DNA of 64,000 bases, taken from NCBI GenBank assembly GCA_024704765.1, contig JAKMXF010000055.1:318353-382352 (forward strand), read 5' to 3'. A model generated the notes under the pieces. The model worked only from the letters and a program-made list of their open reading frames with translations, did no database searches and was not told where the DNA came from. This document shows positions 30,000-43,739 of this stretch, piece by piece. The translations under genes and the position numbers were made by a program. The first letter of the stretch is position 1; every line of letters begins with the position of its first letter. This DNA is from Oopsacas minuta. Taxonomy: Eukaryota > Animalia > Porifera.

Positions 30000-31182
30000 G
30001 AGGATTCAATATTTGGGCTAAAGCAATTCCATTCGGCCAAAAGTAGCGGTAGGTCATTTTCACTTTGTAATACTTCGATGGAATATTTGAATAAAAGGGA
30101 TGTTCGTGCAATTATGTGTTACTACCAACGTGGATTCAAAGTGGCTGAGTACAATAACGAGATGTTTTTTGTTTTGGGTGAAGAGCGTCCAGCATCCAAC
30201 AATACACAACTGGTGCAGCCGTTTTCCTTTTGGGTTACTTGTCCCTAAAAGATTAAAATCGTTCTAGAGTCCCAGTTACTGCTGTACTAGTGAAAATATT
30301 GTCAAGGTTGAGGAACTGGTGTGGAAAGACAGGTAAATTACAACCTTGTCAATTAGTACATGATGTATCAGTTTCATTGGGGATAATTGGAACAATACTA
30401 CATCAAGAGCTCGGGTTGAGAAGAGTTTATGCCAAATTGGGCCCACATTTGGTAACTTTTGAGTTGAACAATCGCCGTATCCAATTTTGGCGCACTATGT
30501 TACTGCGTTACTCAAAATCAGATTCTCGGCGGTATTCCAAAGTGATAATGGGTGCTGAGACATTGATATACTTCTATGACAAACAACAAAGTTCCAAAGG
30601 ATATTTAATGACGAGGAACCGGACATAATTCATGTGGGTCTGCCAGAGAATTTAGCAGAGCCCCATGATTTTCTTTACTACGAGGGGTATTGAAACCGTT
30701 ATGCTTCCATTGAAACATACAGTTACTGCAACTTGGTACGTTGAGAGTTGTCTTACTAAAGTATTTCAAGCAATTGACGAGTTGAAACCAAAGTTCGGTC
30801 TCCGTGGGATGAAATTGCATCATGATAATGCCCAGGCACATACTGCAAGAAGGACCAATAAATTTCATGACAATCAGGCTTTGAAATGATTGAGCATCCA
30901 CCCTACAGTCTCGATCTTGCCCCATATGACATAAACTTTCCCTAATTTAAACGAACATCTAAACGGCAGGGGTTTTCAATCGGTAATATTGCTGATCGCA
31001 GCATTTCTGGAGGCAGTTGAGCGTTACCACAAAGTAGCCATTCTTGGCTATTTATATTGTGGTTTGAACATTGTCAGAAGTGTATTAATGCAAATGGGGA
31101 TTATTTCGAACATTTAAAATAGCAATTCTTCATCTAATTGTATTAGAAAACATGTAATTTAACGAACTTATTGAACACTTGG
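30000..31182 (+). mobile_element. Old mariner relic
   Basis: Motifs GAETLIYFYD, LHHDNAQAH and PYSLDLAPYD. Right end AACTTATTGAACACTTGG-TA. Left end degenerate. Confidence 0.75.
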
Positions 31183-33379
31183 TATTGAGCGATTTTCTTA
31201 GGAACATATCTTTCTATGAACCATTAGATAGTGAAATAGAAGGAGTAACCGCTAAAGCACGAATACATTATACGAGTAGCAACCACGCTGGCCACCTACC
31301 ATTCCTTTGGAATTAATTACATTTCAATTACATTTACCTTCATGTCATCTATTACAGTCACTTTTCAATTACTTAAAAACTGATTGATTACAGAATTTAT
31401 ATTACTAATTGCAATTACCTAATGTCTGATATGAGCCCAACACCTATACATCATTCGGAAAAACTTAACCAGACAGAAGCACAAATTTGATGGGAACATT
31501 TTCACAATAACACATGGTTCCTGCTGTTCGAATAACCGAGATGTAAGGGAAGGTCTACTGTGTAGTAACAGAATCATTTATTGGGTGTACGCGGAAAGTT
31601 ATATAACAATCTGAGGTTACCTTTGAAAAAAAGTTTGAAGATTATTGACATACACCCACCAGAAGTGTTTCTATTCCCAAACATCCCATCAAAAATAGTA
31701 CTATACTGTAAAGTCTCGTTATTACAAACATGGTTAAGGCATAACTCAGAATAAGCAGTACAAATTTGTCGACTTTATCAATCCCTTTCGATGACGTTTC
31801 AAAGTAATTAGTTCGGATAATACCTACTCCGGATAAGGTGTACAAATTTGGGCACTCCCCTGGTATACGCATTAACGAGAGCCTACTATGCTACATCTGA
31901 TAATATGTAGTGATGTATTCACATTATATCAGCTATCTCAATTTTGATTTAAAATCGTCTTCTATGCATATTAACTATTGAATACATTTCCAACTAAGTT
32001 TGATATTGATTTGTTTAACACTTATCATCTTGTGTTACTATGTCCCACTTTGTTCAATTCCAATCTCGGTCAGAGGCCGGAGTAGCCGGTGGACCAATTT
32101 GATTTTGGTCGGAGTTTTGCAGGAGAGGTAAATAAGGAAGTTTTGTTTGAAATCTCCATGTAAGCTGCAGTGCTTGTTTCACCCACACCTGACAATCTTA
32201 TCCTGGATAATTCTAGAGAGGTCGAAGAATATATTTGCGATCGATCGCTATACTGGCTCATTATTCTGAATTAGAGAGAACATGCTTTGAGGATGGATGA
32301 CTATTAGGAAATATTTGTGACATATTATGAATTAAAGATTCTGAACCTTTATATAGTAGTTATGTTAGAAAAGAATCCCCTAGACGGTTAGCAGGCATGA
32401 TCACTATCCATTGTACTACTGGGGCACTGAATATTTTCCGAGAACAATTAGATAATGAAAGCATACTTTGCAACTCTTCTGTGGTGGCTTACCCAAACAG
32501 AGGTAGGGGTAGCGCTCTCTACTCAAGTTAGCCCTTTTCTTATTAAATTCTCATTGACAACTTGTCCAGGCACAAATTAGAGGGCTTTCCCACGTTCACC
32601 CCTTAAACACCTCTGCAAATCTTCGTTTTCAAATTCTTCGACGCTAGACTAATTTCAATGGACACATTTCTAGTGCTCTTGAACCCCTACAACTTTTCCT
32701 CGTTCGCACGCTCGCTAGTACTTTTATAGTTGATGATTAGTGGCCAGAGGCGAATATTATTCAAACTCTAATTCACGGCCGCTACCTTTTAATGTGAGTA
32801 TAATTCTGATAATCGAGGTCGTTTTACATAGTGTAATTAGACTTGGATTCAGTATACATGTTTATACGAGGGACTATACTATGGTATAATCGCATACATA
32901 CCTAATACATATTTTATAGCCTGCTAAAGAAAGGGTCTGATCACTACTTTTGACTAGTGATAAAGAACTTGGTACATAACCACAATTAGGATGCATAATC
33001 AACTAATTCGAATCAAAATTCCTATCAATAAGAATGCAAAACAAATTACACTGACTCTGATTCACAGGAATTTACCTGAAGTTAAAGTTAACGTAATAAT
33101 ACTTTGATTAGGGTAATTCCTTGTTGTTACATATAATCCGTTATTTGATCCCTTGTGGAACAAAAATCTTGTGCCTTTCTTTTCACCGTATATATATGAA
33201 ATGATCTGTATTGACAAAATGGTTCCCCTACTAATTGGTTCGGGGCGATTATTTTGATAAATATCCATGGTATTGAATAAAATTAGCGAGGGTGTACTAT
33301 ATTCACAATACTAAATCAACCTGCATTCAATTACTGTAAAACATGAAAGTCTGTTCTAGATTTTGCAGGCTCCTCTTGG

Positions 33380-35440
33380 GTTGGTCACTACATATTAGTA
33401 AGACACATCCCCTGAATTCTGTACATAAATCTTGCACTTGTCATAGCATAGGGATGAGTCTTTGCATATAAGCAGGGCCATGTGTCCCTCATAATCAAGG
33501 AGGGAATGCCTATAAGTTTAGCAAACCATATCCTCACTTGATCAATCGGTGAGCTTGTATTAAAGAAAGGGTAGTTTAGAGAGAATAATTCGGAGAACAT
33601 CTTATGTAATCAAGAGCATAAAGGAGTGCATCATTATGAAAGCTGAGTGACGTTATGAAATTGTCTACTGAGCATGCGTTTACCAATACGATCGTGTCAT
33701 AATATCCACTCCAAGTAACACAGGCCTCTTCAAGAAAATTATCTGAGGTTATCCGCGTGTCCAATGATAAAGTTATCGTTGAGGTTCTTCATTCAGGGTA
33801 GTTTAGAATCAATTCATTTAAACAGGCTGAAGTACCTTTGTTGAATATGTCATGATCTTTGCTGCCAACGTGCTGACAACTCGAAGTCATCGTTTCTATA
33901 CTGGTAAAAGGAAAGGAGATGATGGTATGAGTACATTTTAGTTAGGCATCAATTGAAAAGAATCATCATCATTTTGGTTATCAATACACTGATAGTTTTT
34001 AGGTAATTCTTCTGGTATCTCGTTAGATGACGGTTTCAACAGTTTTACTTTTGATCGCTTTAATTGCTGAATAGGTTAATTCCTTAGTATATGAACATTG
34101 GTAGAAGTGACCTTGGTGATTGAATAAGGCCCAAGCCATATATTTTGGAATTTTCATCCTTTTTTGTTTGATACACGTTCTCGATCAACACGCTATCGCA
34201 TTTCTCACGTTTCCTAAATCTAGCATTAGCTCGGGTTAATTTATAATTATATTGTTGCTTCATGAGCCTTTGTGGATGAGTCAGATTCTCTAAGGCTATA
34301 TTATTGTTTGACTCTTGTGTATCTTGCATAAAATTTATCAATTTTTTCATCTCATCTTCTACAGTGCACTTGCTCGTACGTATATCTTCTGGATATTGGT
34401 ATGCAAGACTTTATGCATGAGTAGGTAGGCTAGGTTTGCGGGATCCATGCATTAACTCGAAAGCTTAAAATGAGGTAGTTATTCTAGGCCTGATGTTGAT
34501 GGAAAATGTAATCCTTCTAAATAAAGTGACCAATTGTCATTTTATTGTTTATAGACTTGACTAAAGATCCTTTGACAGACTTATGTGAAGTTTCGTCCAA
34601 TCCATTGGTTTGAGGATGTTAGGGTGTCGAGAATATTAGCTTACAGTCATAAGCTTCGTGTAAGCTATTTGAGATTTTGTTGGTAAATTCTGTTCCATTA
34701 TCACTTATGATCTGTACAGGAGCTCCTTTTCTACAAAACTCGAATAAACACCTCTGGCAACTTCTGTAGCTCCCTTAGGATACATAGGACGAGTTTCGAT
34801 CCACCTTTTAAAATGATTTATCATGGTCAAGATATATTTATAACCATTTGATTCAATGAGCCGACCAGCAAGGTCCATGCCTACGCGATACCATACCTTC
34901 GTGATTATAGATAAGGATTTTAATGGAGCAGTAGGGCCTTTTAAGCTGGGTTGGTCCTTCTGACAGCTCTCACATGTGCTTACATACGTATGGATGTCTT
35001 TGTACATGCTCGACAAATACTAACAGTCTTTTGCGAGATAATAAATATCTAGCACACTGGTGTCCCCCATCATCGTGAATTTCCTTAATAATACATTCCA
35101 ATTCAGATTCTTCGACAACCAATAGTTGATTTGATGGTGGAGATCTAAGTACCTTGTCTTCTATAACTTCATAATTAGCAGTTTTCTTACGAATTACTAT
35201 CTTCTGATCTTTTGTAAGCAGTTTTTGAGAATAAGATTTGGCTACAATATATTTGTCAATAGAATAATTTCTCTAGCATCATATGGGTTTTATGAATCAG
35301 CAGCAGGTAGCAACGTTAATAGCAGTACTAGACCAAAGAGGTAACACATAGTACTAAGACTTCTAATTGTGAAAAGTACTATAAATTATGATTATGCCAA
35401 AGGTATAATATAAACACTCGCGTACAAGTAACCAACAGAA
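33380..35440 (-). mobile_element. Ginger-like (gypsy-integrase-type, RT-less) element relic
   Basis: KDQKIVIRKKTANY...IHDDGGHQ plus CESCQK (HHCC zinc finger), RVGMDLAG, IISDNGTEF...QTNGLDE (DD35E) and WLGPY. No RT or RNase H upstream. Termini not found. Confidence 0.7.
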
Positions 35441-35529
35441 TAGACAACATGTATAAAGTATGAATGGCCTACTATTTAGCCTAAAGCCTATTAAGTAATC
35501 GCTAATGGGGGGACCAATTTTGCAGGGGT

Positions 35530-36240
35530 ACCTTTTTATTCAATGCCATGGATATTTGTCAAAAATGGTCCTCCCCCTGACCAGTATTGTAGGGGGGACC
35601 ATTATTATCAAATATCAAAACAGATCTATACTAAATACTTTTATGCTAAATATCAAAATAATATTACAAAAAGTTGTGTCGTTCTCGAGTTACAGTAGAG
35701 ACCAGGGATGACACATTTTCAGTACAGCCAGTTCTAACTAGATTATCGTTCTAATTATTATAATCTTGATAGCTAATTTGTAGTACACATCTGGCTTCCA
35801 TACCCTGTTGATAATATATTTTGATATGACAATCTCTTATCAATGTGACGTGATCGTGAATATTTCCATATATGGTCATTTTTACATTACACAATAATCT
35901 TCAGCGATATCATATCAAAATGTATTATAGTGTATGGGAAGTCGGTTGATTACTACAAATTTGCTGTACTGATTTGATAATAGTTTTACCTATTATCGAG
36001 TAATAACTGGATACTCGTGAAAATACTTTATCTCTGGTCTCTACTGTAACCTAAGAACGTCCCGACTTTTGTATTACATTTTTTGGATATTTCTATAAAG
36101 TTATTTACACATCATATCATATAATACTTGTTAAATATAATAGTCAAGATTTCAAGTTAAACAAATGATCAATTAATGATACATTTTACCAAATTGATGC
36201 TTACTAGAAACAAATTTGACACATCCCTGAAATTTTCGCA
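35530..36240. repeat. Foldback-type long inverted repeat, copy 2 (inner arms related to 5700-6240)
   Basis: CGTTCT..GTTACAGTAGAGACCAG (about 35680) pairs with its complement at about 36035-36060. Inner motif CTTCCATAC...GATAATATATTTTGATATGA is shared with copy 1. Confidence 0.8.
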
Positions 36241-36284
36241 TTTAATGTTTGATCATTTGTTGCTCTACAAATATGCATTACATA

Positions 36285-37584
36285 CAGAGTGACAAATAAG
36301 TTCAGTTCCATATGTTTGATGTAGTGTAGTTCCTTATTAAAGAACCAGATTGAACAGTTATAGTGTAAGATAAGTAACAATGTATATATTTAAAGTATTC
36401 AATGGTAATCTGTACATTCTAAACAAGCTAAAAGATTCTAGGCAAAATGGAGAAGAATAGGGTGGCTATTGTTAAATTATATTTGCAAGGGAAAAGCCAT
36501 AGCGAAATATTGAAGATTCTCAATTTCCCCAAGTCGCGCAAGAAATTGATATATCGTACTATTAAAAGATATAAAGACACTGGTAATACCTCAGACAAGC
36601 AGAGAAGTGGACTCCAACATCTGCGACCACTACCCCGAAGAGAAAGGTTATCCGTAGTCGGATTCAGCGAAATTCTCAATCTTCGATGCGAAAAATGGTG
36701 CTAGAACTCAAAATATCAAGAGAATCGGTCTGAACACTTGTGAAGAGCGATATGGGCCTATTTCCTTACAAAAAGACGAAGATTTACTTTACTTCGGCAT
36801 AGATTAAAGAAAAGAGACTAGCCAGGAGCAAGGCCTTACTCGCCCGGCTCGCAAGTTTTGACCTTGATGAAATTTTATTCTCGGATGAGAAATTATTGAT
36901 GGTCGAGCAGGCGTACAATCCTCAAAACGATCGAGTATTGTCCTCTTCTCTATCTTCCATACCACAAGAGGATCGATGCGTCCAAAGAGTTAAGCATCCT
37001 CAGTCAGTGATGGTTTGGGCGGGGGTGTCCCTACCCCACTGGTTTTCATCCCACCGGGCGTAAAAATAAACGCTGTTAAATATCAGGAGCTCGTTTTAGA
37101 CCCAATAGTGAGAGGCCTTGGTAAGACCATGTTCAATAATCGTCCATTTTGATTCCAGCAAGACGGTGCTCCACCCCACACAGCGAAAATCAACCAACAG
37201 TGGTTACGAAGCAATATCCCAGACTTCATCTCCAAGGAGGAATGGCTTCCTTCCAGCCCAGATCTCAACCCGATGGACTTCTCGTTGTGGTCGATATTGG
37301 AGACAAATGCGTGCGCTACTTCCCACAAGAATATCTAGTCTCTAAAAACGTCTTTATCCCGAGAATGGGCAAAAATCCCGCAGGGAAAGTTGCATGCCGC
37401 TGCCGCGTCCGTCCCCAAGCGCCTAAGAGCTGTCATCAAAAAGAAAGGGGGCTATATCGAACAATTGAATATATTATGAATCTATATTCAGTTTGCTAAG
37501 TTATAGCATAATTTCAAGTAATATCTTAGTTCACGGTTTAGTTATAATAAATTTTCGATGGGACAGAACTTATTTGTCACCCTG
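36285..37584 (+). mobile_element. maT-family (DD37D) Tc1/mariner element (1300 bp, defective)
   Basis: TA flanks. TIR CAG(A/G)GTGACAAATAAGTTC(A/T)GT(T/C)CCAT. Motifs FSDEK and QQDGAPPH-(37 aa)-PMDF. Several stops and frameshifts. Confidence 0.9.
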
Positions 37585-38079
37585 TACATCTGTGTAGACA
37601 AAATGCGCCGTTTTGCAATATCGAACTCACATAGACTTTGTTTCACCAGTTAACATACCCCTTGATCAAATTCACAAGTTATTGTTAACCCTTATGTATA
37701 ATAGGCTATGTCTTGTTTATAATTGATATTGTAATAAAGCATTAATTTTGTTACATCGTGTACTTTCAGATTACAATTCGATAGGATGGAGCTCTGATAA
37801 TTTTAATTACGATGGGATCTTACCACCGAATTCAGTTTGACGATTCAATTTTTTATCACTCATTCTTATTTTACATTCATTGCATAGATGACATTATATT
37901 TTATTGGTTGAATTTTTGAATCCGAGAATGCTTTGGAAAATTGATTCGAGGCTATGATCATTCCTCTATTTCCCATGGGTTTCCCACTGTGTACATTGTG
38001 TATATATTAAAATTGTTTTAATTGGATAGATGAAAGAAATATAGGCATTTGGACAAAGAGTAGTGACAACGAAATATTA

Positions 38080-39386
38080 CGAGGGGCACTCAAAAAGTTT
38101 TGTCGTTTATATACTTATATAATTGGTATTACATATTATACGGTCCCATTTGTTCAAAATACTCGCCCTGACACTCTATACATTTTTTCATACGTTTAAA
38201 CCAGGTATCAAAACACATTTTCCATTCTTCTATGGGTATTTCTTCAATTGCTACGAAAGGTACCCCGGTCAAATTCTTCATTGCGGAAAATCTCCTCTCA
38301 TGAAGTCGATCTTTCAGCTTTGGGAATAACCAAAATCGCAAGAGGCTAGGTATGGACTGTAGGGTGGGTGGAGTAGCGTTCCGATCCTAGAAATCTCTAA
38401 AAACTCACAAGTTCTTAGTACTGTATGTGATGAAGCATTATCGTGGTTAAGCAGGATCCCTCGGACATCTGATTTCTCACTTTGTTTTTCGATAGCACTG
38501 AATACTTTCGGACATATTGTGGTATACCAATCAGCGGTGACTGCCTTCCTATCCTCAAGTGCAATTCCTTCAACAAATCCACTACGTCTAAAGAAAATCA
38601 CCCACATCTGCTTTCCGACTGATCTAATTCTCCGGACCTTTGTGGAGGTAAACCACCTACTTAGACCCACTCCATAGATTGTCTTTTAGTTTCTGTGTCA
38701 TAATGGTATATCCAAGTCTCATCGCCTGGTGAGTATTTCAGGAACAACTCTAGAAGTTCCATTAGCGAATCATTTAAGCATAATTTTGCAAAAGTCCACT
38801 CGGCACTTTTTCTGATCAGACCACAAAGAATGCGGGATCCAAAGTGCACATAACTTTCTAAGACCGAGCTCTTTGTGTAAGATGACGTTTATACTCCCCG
38901 ATGGCAATTTGGTTTCATGTTCTAACTGAGCGTAAGTAACAAGAGGGTTTTTTTGTTACTTCGTCCAACACTAGCTCTACATTTTCGACCGTGTCTGTAA
39001 TACTGGGCCTACCAGGACAGGGACCATCTTCAAGAATAAAATTTCCATGAATAAACTCTTGAGTACCATCGCTCTACTGTTCTCAAACAAGGAGCTATAT
39101 TTGGGCAGTTCTTCTGCAAAGTTTCGTGTATTTCCAAACGGCTCTTCTCAAGTTTGAACAAAATTAAAATCATCGCTCTAAAATCGCGTTTTGTGAGGTC
39201 AGATTCTGGTTGAGGAATCATACAAGCCATAGCTTTTAGAATCAAGCAATTCGAAAATTGCAAAAGATAAACTGATGAAATTTGTTGTGTAGGTAAATTA
39301 TATGTGTCTAAATATATATATAATAATTTATTAGAAAATACTTGTGGTTTAATAACAAACGACCCAAACTTTTCGTGTGTCCTTCG
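38080..39386 (-). mobile_element. mariner family B, copy 2 (1307 bp, defective)
   Basis: TA flanks. TIRs CGAGGGGCACTCAAAAAGTTTTGTCG / CGAAGGACACACGAAAAGTTTGGGTCG. The 118-aa ORF 38314-38670 is identical to 26882-27238. Confidence 0.9.
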
Positions 39387-39620
39387 TATATGTTATATTT
39401 GACTATCGTTCCTAAAGGAATTTAGAGATGGACTTCTAACAAATATTGATTGTAGATCTAATTTTCTTTTTATCTTGAAAGTTTGCTACGGTTGGGTTTT
39501 TATTTCTAGATCTATATTACAGATCCCCGTGCTTATCCCTATCTTTGTTTAAGGCTTGCTAGGTACATTTTATAGTGAATTTGTGTTCTATCTTATGTAT
39601 ATATTGTATTTTTCATATAG

Positions 39621-39940
39621 ATTGCTAATCATAATGAGCGCACAATAAAACAACAGATTCGCGAAAAATTAGAACGAATTAAACGCCAAAAAGCGACAGG
39701 ACAGGATATATACGATTTTTCTGGATCAGATGAGGAATCTTCTCAACCCGCCAAATGGCAACGGGATCAATCTCATCATGCGTCCGATGGCAATGACACT
39801 ATGAAGGAAAATTCTAAGCCTCTCTTTAAAAGCAAATACACTTCCAGTGAAGCTACTGATCAGTCTAATGAAATTGACGGCGGTACCCTGACCCGTATTG
39901 ATGCGAATAATGCCCCTTTACCTAGCCTAACAGTTCCCAG
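39621..39940 (+). CDS. MAP4K4: MAP4K4-like kinase, coding exon 4 (post-kinase helix and linker); absent from the supplied ORF track
   Basis: Acceptor tttttcatatag|ATT (phase 0). Open 320 nt: IANHNERTIKQQIREKLERIKRQKATGQDIYDFSGSDEESS..., resembling the NERQVRIQLKDHIDR...YEYSGSEEE segment of GCK-IV kinases. Donor CCCAG|gtaacc at 39941 (phase 2). Confidence 0.88.
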
Positions 39941-40306
39941 GTAACCTACTTATACTCTTATCTCACATTTATTTTATTTGTATTCTCCTGTAATATTTGT
40001 GGATTTTATTTTATCTTTCCTTTAAATCATATATTTTTTTATCCTCACAAATTATGTCAGTACTCAAGTTCCATACAATAGATTATGTCATTTTTTTGCT
40101 TTGTTTGATTCAAGTGATATAAGTGTTCTCCATAATTCTTTTGGACTATTGATGTCATTTATTGTGTTTTACGGCGTAGTTTAAAAGGATTTTGCTTCAT
40201 ACAGTCTGTTACATATATATTTAGAATTTTGTTTTTGCTGAGGAATAACTGAAATACCAGATATCTAGACAATTATCACTTTATTCTGTGAATAAATAAT
40301 TGATAA

Positions 40307-41281
40307 TCAATATTTAATCGGATATCTATCGTTATCAACAGCCATTTGGCACCTTCGTGTCATGGATTCCCAGTAAGGTCGCAGAAATGCTGGATCGATT
40401 CGATTCCATGAGCCTTCTAACTTTTCTTTTAGTTCTGGAATGCTCCTGGGCCCTAGTTTAATCAGCTCCTGCTTTACCCATCCAAATAAATTTTCGATAG
40501 GGTTGAGGTCTGGACTTTGTGAAGGCCAAGGAATTTGTTTGGGGACATTCTGTGAGAGCCAAACCTTGACCTTCCGTGAGGTGTGTTTAGGATCATTTTC
40601 CATGACCAATCGCCAGTTATTTTCATGGAATACATTTGCCTGAGCTATCAAATGACCCTCCATTATCTGTAAGAACAAGTCACTATCCATATTCTGTGCA
40701 AAAATGCACAGTGGAAATGTGGCCATGGATGAAAAAGCAGCCCACGCGTGAATCTTTGAGACATGTTTGGTTTTTGGAGCGAATCTTTTTTTGTTGGATT
40801 TTGTCCACATCCTTATTCTCCCTCTCGATAACCAGATCGACATCTCGTCAAGGAATACAGTGTTCGCCCATTCCTTTTTAGGATACTTGTGCTTCTTGGC
40901 CCATCTTATGCGGTATAAACGGTTCTTTTCGCTAAGCATGGAGGTTTTAGTTGGATAGGGTTTGGTGTAAGACTGGTCTTTCAATATGCGTCGTACCGTC
41001 TGGTAGGATGTCATATATGGAGCCCGACTTGCTAGTGTTCGAAGGGATAAATAGGGCTTACATCTCACCTGTTGGATGACCGAGTGTTTGATAGCGGATC
41101 GTATGGTATTGGGCCTTCCTGCTCCCTTTTTGTGAGAGATCTCTCCACCAGCATCCAACCGGGCCTTTACATTGTAGACCGTCGCCAAAGAGATTCGAAC
41201 ATTTTTGGAAATTTGTTTGGGACTAAGCTGTTTTGATTGTAATAAGGTCTTTATCATTTCTCTCTTCACAATTTGAGTCAT
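40307..41281 (-). mobile_element. Tc1-like transposase, uninterrupted 324-aa ORF with second catalytic Asp read as Glu
   Basis: HTH plus FLDEMS, VMENDPKH-(34 aa)-SPDLNPIENL. TIRs are degenerate; the element is probably about 40202-41381. Confidence 0.88.
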
Positions 41282-42244
41282 TATCAGCTCTAATATTCAA
41301 GTGACTGTAAAAATACAATCATATTATGAATTGAAGGTGAAAATTACAATAAATGACGTCACACATTTTTATATACGACTCCTAAAACACCAAAATGAAA
41401 GTCGTTTAAGTAAATATCGTTATACATTGGTAGAAATAGGTAAAATATTGTAATACATCCATTAGAAGCATGATATTTGGATATACTTCAGAATTATGTG
41501 GGTTTACAATAACGATTCACAATTCTAAATAATTATGTAACAGACAGTATTTCACTTTATTACTGGCGTGGAAAAATCGGGAAAATATTTTGCTTCATAA
41601 AGTTTTCTATTTCTCATATGGAAAAGTCGGGAATTGAAGTGGCATCTGATTCCACTGGAAGCAATGGAATTGGGGGAGATATTCCTCGCGAAATACGAGT
41701 AGGTAATACGATCCATACCAAATTCATTGTCTACTTGTCCCATAGACATCATAATAGATGTCTATGACTGTATGCTCTGCAATTCTGGAAATGAACACGG
41801 TCATTATTATTTCTAAATCAAACTATCCAGTATTTTGTTATAATGGTATTGTTGGTGAAAATAAAATTTAATTGGGGAGTGTATTGCAGATAGTTGCCTA
41901 ATTTGAAACTGTTTTCTAAATTATTTCCCAGTTATCACATCTTTTTGTGAATATAGTATAATGCTAATATCATACGATATCATGAAAGTGAACACTTGAG
42001 CTGAAACAATATATTATTGATAAATATCAATGCACGCACTTAATAACTATTTCTATGATGTAATCTCATTGCCCACTTAGCAAAGACATTAACCAATAGA
42101 TACTTCCACCCAACTAAGCATACAATTGTAAATCCTCGGGATACGGCGAATATTTGAGTATGCATATGGTAATATCCCTAAAAGAACTATTTGACTATTT
42201 GAGTTAACATTGTCCTTAATAAATTGATGAATACTTTCCAATTG

Positions 42245-42810
42245 GATATTTTCTAGTCACACTTTGCTCATTAGATAGATAATGAGCTAATACATTGTTC
42301 AATTGCAATTTGCAAGTAATTCAAATTTGATGGAACAATTCTGATAGCATATTTGAAATCTACGCGTGTCTATTTCCCCAATATGAATATTCTCAATTGT
42401 TTAGCTAAAATCTTATGACTTATTACATTTAATATTTGTGTAACACTTACCAAATATGTTTAAGCCACTTCTTAATTGAATAAATATTTTGGCAAATTGA
42501 CTTTATCTCCACTATAGTCATATTTGCAAGTCAGTTTATAGACTTTCAAGGATTTTCATGCTGTATTCCATTCTGGTGCCAACATTATACTGATGTGTCA
42601 CTTCTGCCACTTGTGGCAAGTATATGATAATGTAAATATTTCAAAAATTTATAATCTAAATAATTCGTAATATTCATACTAGGGTGATACAGTCCCGTAT
42701 AATGCAAATCTGCTATCAGTATTATTCCATCTCATTTGGATGTAATCTGCACTTGAATACTGTATTCCCTCATTATCTATTTAATGAGCAAAGTGTGACT
42801 AGAAAATATC
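42245..42810. mobile_element. Non-autonomous element with about 120-bp TIRs
   Basis: GATATTTTCTAGTCACACTTTGCTCATTA.ATAGATAATGAG at both ends in inverted orientation. No ORF; TSD not resolved. Confidence 0.78.
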
Positions 42811-43739
42811 TATTTAGAGATATATTCATCGTTTATTCAGGACGATTTTAAATGACATAGTCAAATAGTTCTTTTGGGTATATAATCGTATGCTTATTCA
42901 AATATTTGCCTTTTCCACGGATTACAATTGATGCTTAGATTTGTGCAGTATTTTTGTTCCGTTAGTAGATCTTAACAAACTGCTTACAACTATTTATAAT
43001 GAGTGTAAGTGGGTAATTAATATAATTACGCTTTTTAATCTATGCCGAGAGTATGGATATATGCATACGAAAGATCAAACCTTTTATCTATTAATTCCCT
43101 AGTTTTAGAGTTATTTTGGTTTACATCGATGGCATATTTTATTGATGACTGCGCGGAATATTCTTAGGAGATACCATATCTGAATGCCTTATCATCGTTT
43201 TGGAAGTTATACTTCACCAATATCGTAAGATATTGTGTACCCTGTTTAGCACTGAAGTAGTATCTTAACAATTAATCAACTGCAGCTATCGCACATGCCA
43301 TAATTCCGTTACAATTTTGAGATCGGAAGGTTCGTACATTCTTCCTTTATCATGGAATTATTTTTATATTACTGTCAATATTGAATATTTTTGAACGCGA
43401 ATAATCCATGATGATAGGATATACAGTATTTAAGAGAGGTATCCACTTGTGGACTAGTTCTTATCCGAGGAGAGATTACATGTTGCATTATATAATATAC
43501 TTTAATCGCGCTCACAATCTCTATAGCATTTACAAAGTGCTCTGCACGGCATTTCTGTCTTAACACACTTGCAACTTCCTACAAATCCCCTTTCAGGGTT
43601 GCACACGCATCTCAGGAGTTCCTGGCCCATTTACGAAGCCTCCGGTTTAGTTGTCCATGATGGTTGCCATGAACCAGAATCCTATTTCATCTAACCCCAG
43701 TCACTAGGAGATGGGAGTTCTGGTATCTGACTTCTATTC

